Source: Macrostomum lignano (lineage: Eukaryota). From it: a DNA stretch of 64,000 nt. The first letter of the stretch is position 1. Each line of letters begins with the position of its first letter. Shown here piece by piece: positions 59,385 to 64,000 of this stretch. A model generated the notes under the pieces. It was given only the letters and a program-made list of their open reading frames with translations. It was not told where the DNA came from and made no database searches. The stretch covers positions 1-64,000 of the forward strand of contig NIVC01000027.1 of assembly GCA_002269645.1 (NCBI GenBank), read 5' to 3'. The position numbers and the translations under genes are program-made.

Positions 59385-60510
59385 AAAATGAGTGTCTGCA
59401 GCACCAAAATGAATGTCTGCAGTGCCAAAATGAGTGTCTGCAGTGCCAAAATGAGTGTCTGCAGTGCCAAAATGAGTGTCTGCGGCACCAAAATGAGTGT
59501 CTGCAGCACCAAAATGAGTGTCTGCAGTGCCAAAATGAGTGTCTGCAGTGCCAAAATGAGTGTCTGCAGTGCCAAAATGAGTGTCTGCAGCACCAAAATG
59601 AGTGTCTGCAGCACCAAAATGAGTGTCTGCAGCACCAAAATGAGTGTCTGCAGTGCCAAAATGAGTGTCTGCGGCGCCAAATGAGTGTCTGCAGCACCAA
59701 AATGAGTGTCTGCAGCACCAAAATGAGTGTCTGCAGTTCCAAAATGAGTGTCTGCAGCACCAAAATGAGTGTCTGCAGCACCAAAATGAGTGTCTGCAGC
59801 ACCAAAATGAGTGTCTGCAGCACCAAAATGAGTGTCTGCGGCACCAAAATGAGTGTCTGCAGCACCAAAATGAGTGTCTGCAGCACCAAAATGAGTGTCT
59901 GCAGCACCAAAATGAGTGTCTGCAGCACCAAAATGAGTGTCTGCAGCACCAAAATGAGTGTCTGCAGCACCAAAATGAGTGTCTGCAGTGCCAAAATTAA
60001 ATGAGTGTCTGCAGTGCCAATTAAATGAGTGTCTGCAGTGCCAAAATGAGTGTCTGCAGCACCAAAATGAGTGTCTGCAGCCCCAAAATGAGTGTCTGCG
60101 GCACCAAAATGAGTGTCTGCAGCACAAAAATGAGTGTCTGCGGCACCAAAATGAGTGTCTGCAGTGCCAAAATGAGTGTCTGCAGTGCCAATTAAATGAG
60201 TGTCTGCAGTGCCAAAATGAGTGTCTGCAGCACCAAAATGAGTGTCTGCGGTGCCAAAATGAGTGTCTGCAGTGCCAAAATGAGTGTCAGCAGCACCAAA
60301 ATGAGTGTCTGCAGTGCTAAAATGAGTGTCTGCAGCACCAAAATGAGTGTCTGCAGTGCCAAAATGAGTGTCTGCAGTGCCAAAATGAGTGTCTGCAGCA
60401 CCAAAATGAGTGTCTGCAGTGCCAAAATGAGTGTCTGCAGTACCAAAATGAGTGTCTGCAGTTCCAAAATGAGTGTCTGAAGCCCCAAAATGAGTGTCTG
60501 CAGCGCCGAA
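59385..60510. repeat. 21-bp minisatellite (AAAATGAGTGTCTGCAG(C/T)(A/G)CC)n, about 53 copies
   Basis: Directly visible. Confidence 0.96.
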
Positions 60511-61387
60511 GTGAATGTCTGCGATTTTACACGTCAGAAGATGAGCTTAGAAGGCTGTTACCGCCGGATGTGTGCCAGAAGCTTTACTGCAGTAACTGCA
60601 GCTTAGATTATAAAGTACGTTCATGGAATGGCACAACGAGATGAATTAGACAGTGCATGGGCGTTTGCTATTTAGCGTGTACTGGTGGTGCTCAACAAGG
60701 AACAAGGAAGTATCAAATAACTAATGCATGCATTTTTCTCTTGTGTTGTCATTTTTTAATTTCTAAAAATGCATTTCAATCCTGCACCTATATGATGCAT
60801 TAGATCTATAAAGGAGTTTTTACCATAGAAACAATCAATTCTACACGCTCAATCGATCCAATAGAAATTATGGATCTTATGATCTTTGATCGATATTCAT
60901 AATCTGCAAAAACACAAGAGACAGGAACAGTTTGGTAGATTGTGTAAATAGTTTACATATACATGTACCTTGCCCAGTGCAGCCATGAGGCATTCAAGCA
61001 ACGTTTGGTTTTAAAGCAGTGCAAATACACAAACCAATATTTGTTGTCGCTCGAGGTTGGCCCCAGGTAGCGTACCCGCGGTCTCTGATAAAGAAAGGGC
61101 AGTGACAGTGACAGACAAAGTGCTGAGAATCTTCATTGTTGTATTCGCAAAAAGGGCAAAGTTCAATCTTTAAATCGCCTCGGAGGAAGCCGCGCCTGGC
61201 GACCGGTAAAGGTCATGACATGGCAAGGACTCGAATATCCTTCTGGTTTTGGTTCAGAAGGACGGTGACAATGGTGACAATACAGGGATACAAGATTTAT
61301 CAGCTGAATCTCAGATATGCAGCATTTCAACAGACAATACACGCATTGTTTTTCTGCTTGGTTGACGTCCTGGTCCTGAGTCACTCT

Positions 61388-64000
61388 CTCCAGTCACTGT
61401 TTCTTCCCTCTCCAGTCACTGTTTCTTCCTTCTCCAGTCACTGTTTCTTCCCTCTCCAGTCACTGTTTCTTCCCTCTCCAGTCACTGTTTCTTCCCTCCC
61501 CAGTCACTGTTTCTTCCCTCTCCAGTCACTGTTTCTTCCCTCTCCAGTCACTGTTTCTTCCTTCTCCAGTCACTGTTTCTTCCCTCTCCAGTCACTGTTT
61601 CTTCCCTCTCCAGTCACTGTTTCTTCCCTCTCCAGTCACTGTTTCTTCCCTGTCCAGTCACTGTTTCTTCCCTCTCCAGTCACTGTTTCTTCCTTCTCCA
61701 GTCACTGTTTCTTCCCTCTCCAGTCACTGTTTCTTCCCTCTCCAGTCACTGTTTCTTCCCTCCCCAGTCACTGTTTCTTCCCTCTCCAGTCACTGTTTCT
61801 TCCCTCTCCAGTCACTGTTTCTTCCTTCTCCAGTCACTGTTTCTTCCCTCTCCAGTCACTGTTTCTTCCCTGTCCAGTCACTGTTTCTTCCCTCTCCAGT
61901 CACTGTTTCTTCCTTCTCCAGTCACTGTTTCTTCCCTCTCCAGTCACTGTTTCTTCCCTCTCCAGTCACTGTTTCTTCCCTCCCCAGTCACTGTTTCTTC
62001 CCTCTCCAGTCACTGTTTCTTCCCTGTCCAGTCACTGTTTCTTCCTTCTCCAGTCACTGTTTCTTCCCTCTCCAGTCACTGTTTCTTCCTTCTCCAGTCA
62101 CTGTTTCTTCCCTCTCCAGTCACTGTTTCTTCCCTCTCCAGTCACTGTTTCTTCCCTCTCCAGTCACTGTTTCTTCCCTGTCCAGTCACTGTTTCTTCCC
62201 TCTCCAGTCACTGTTTCTTCCCTCTCCAGTCACTGTTTCTTCCCTGTCCAGTCACTGTTTCTTCCCTCTCCAGTCACTGTTTCTTCCCTCTCCAGTCACT
62301 GTTTCTTCCCTCTCCAGTCACTGTTTCTTCCCTGTCCAGTCACTGTTTCTTCCTTCTCCAGTCACTGTTTCTTCCTTCTCCAGTCACTGTTTCTTCCCTG
62401 TCCAGTCACTGTTTCTTCCCTGTCCAGTCACTGTTTCTTCCTTCTCCAGTCACTGTTTCTTCCCTGTCCAGTCACTGTTTCTTCCTTCTCCAGTCACTGT
62501 TTCTTCCTTCTCCAGTCACTGTTTCTTCCCTGTCCAGTCACTGTTTCTTCCCTGTCCAGTCACTGTTTCTTCCTTCTCCAGTCACTGTTTCTTCCCTGTC
62601 CAGTCACTGTTTCTTCCCTGTCCAGTCACTGTTTCTTCCTTCTCCAGTCACTGTTTCTTCCTTCTCCAGTCACTGTTTCTTCCCTGTCCAGTCACTGTTT
62701 CTTCCCTCTCCAGTCACTGTTTCTTCCTTCTCCAGTCACTGTTTCTTCCCTGTCCAGTCACTGTTTCTTCCTTCTCCAGTCACTGTTTCTTCCCTCTCCA
62801 GTCACTGTTTCTTCCCTCTCCAGTCACTGTTTCTTCCTTCTCCAGTCACTGTTTCTTCCTTCTCCAGTCACTGTTTCTTCCCTCTCCAGTCACTGTTTCT
62901 TCCTTCTCCAGTCACTGTTTCTTCCCTCTCCAGTCACTGTTTCTTCCCTCTCCAGTCACTGTTTCTTCCCTGTCCAGTCACTGTTTCTTCCTTCTCCAGT
63001 CACTGTTTCTTCCTTCTCCAGTCACTGTTTCTTCCCTGTCCAGTCACTGTTTCTTCCCTGTCCAGTCACTGTTTCTTCCTTCTCCAGTCACTGTTTCTTC
63101 CCTGTCCAGTCACTGTTTCTTCCTTCTCCAGTCACTGTTTCTTCCCTCTCCAGTCACTGTTTCTTCCCTCTCCAGTCACTGTTTCTTCCTTCTCCAGTCA
63201 CTGTTTCTTCCTTCTCCAGTCACTGTTTCTTCCCTGTCCAGTCACTGTTTCTTCCCTGTCCAGTCACTGTTTCTTCCTTCTCCAGTCACTGTTTCTTCCC
63301 TGTCCAGTCACTGTTTCTTCCTTCTCCAGTCACTGTTTCTTCCCTCTCCAGTCACTGTTTCTTCCCTCTCCAGTCACTGTTTCTTCCTTCTCCAGTCACT
63401 GTTTCTTCCTTCTCCAGTCACTGTTTCTTCCCTGTCCAGTCACTGTTTCTTCCCTGTCCAGTCACTGTTTCTTCCTTCTCCAGTCACTGTTTCTTCCCTG
63501 TCCAGTCACTGTTTCTTCCTTCTCCAGTCACTGTTTCTTCCTTCTCCAGTCACTGTTTCTTCCCTGTCCAGTCACTGTTTCTTCCCTGTCCAGTCACTGT
63601 TTCTTCCTTCTCCAGTCACTGTTTCTTCCCTCTCCAGTCACTGTTTCTTCCTTCTCCAATCACTGTTTCTTCCCTGTCCAGTCACTGTTTCTTCCCTGTC
63701 CAGTCACTGTTTCTTCCCTGTCCAGTCACTGTTTCTTCCCTGTCCAGTCACTGTTTCTTCCTTCTCCAGTCACTGTTTCTTCCCTGTCCAGTCACTGTTT
63801 CTTCCCTGTCCAGTCACTGTTTCTTCCCTGTCCAGTCACTGTTTCTTCCCTGTCCAGTCACTGTTTCTTCCCTGTCCAGACACTGTTTCTTCCTTCTCCA
63901 GTCACTGTTTCTTCCCTCTCCAGTCACTGTTTCTTCCCTGTCCAGTCACTGTTTCTTCCCTGTCCAGTCACTGTTTCTTCCCTGTCCAGTCACTGTTTCA
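61388..64000. repeat. 22-bp minisatellite (TCCAGTCACTGTTTCTTCC(CTC/TTC/CTG))n, about 119 copies, runs off the window end
   Basis: Directly visible. Confidence 0.98.

Noticed and set aside
58540-61384. Possible exons downstream of GRP94 (donor near 58617; ORF 61163-61384)
   Set aside because: No recognisable protein similarity and no consistent exon chain.

Overview
This is eukaryotic (metazoan) genomic DNA, not prokaryotic: it has GT-AG introns, GC-rich exons in AT-rich introns, and about 20 unrelated mini/microsatellite arrays. The style suggests a free-living flatworm such as Macrostomum, which is an inference only. From left to right: (1) a TRP-channel-like sequence broken by several frameshifts (1-1655, +). 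(2) A large minus-strand extracellular-matrix gene with EGF-LamG-EGF-LamG-EGF-LamG architecture (pikachurin/agrin family), with 12 exons traced from 26886 to 4594 and weak FN3-like candidate exons upstream. One of its introns holds a nearly intact RNase H-bearing LINE with a 13-bp target-site duplication, and 9 of its 11 introns hold a different tandem array. (3) A degenerate RTE LINE fragment and a stack of MITE-like elements plus a 63-bp-arm hairpin (32.8-41.4 kb). (4) A compact plus-strand run of URI1, a very divergent single-exon STAT, RNASEH2C, mitochondrial GrpE and HSP90B1/GRP94. Each has a splice-acceptor-like AG just upstream of its ATG (candidate SL trans-splicing), and GRP94 has UPRE and ERSE promoter motifs and a KTEL micro-exon. 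(5) Long minisatellites to the window end. Several frameshifts are one-base shortfalls in homopolymer runs, probably assembly errors. No tRNA, rRNA or CRISPR array is supported. All exon coordinates were derived by hand and need RNA-seq confirmation.
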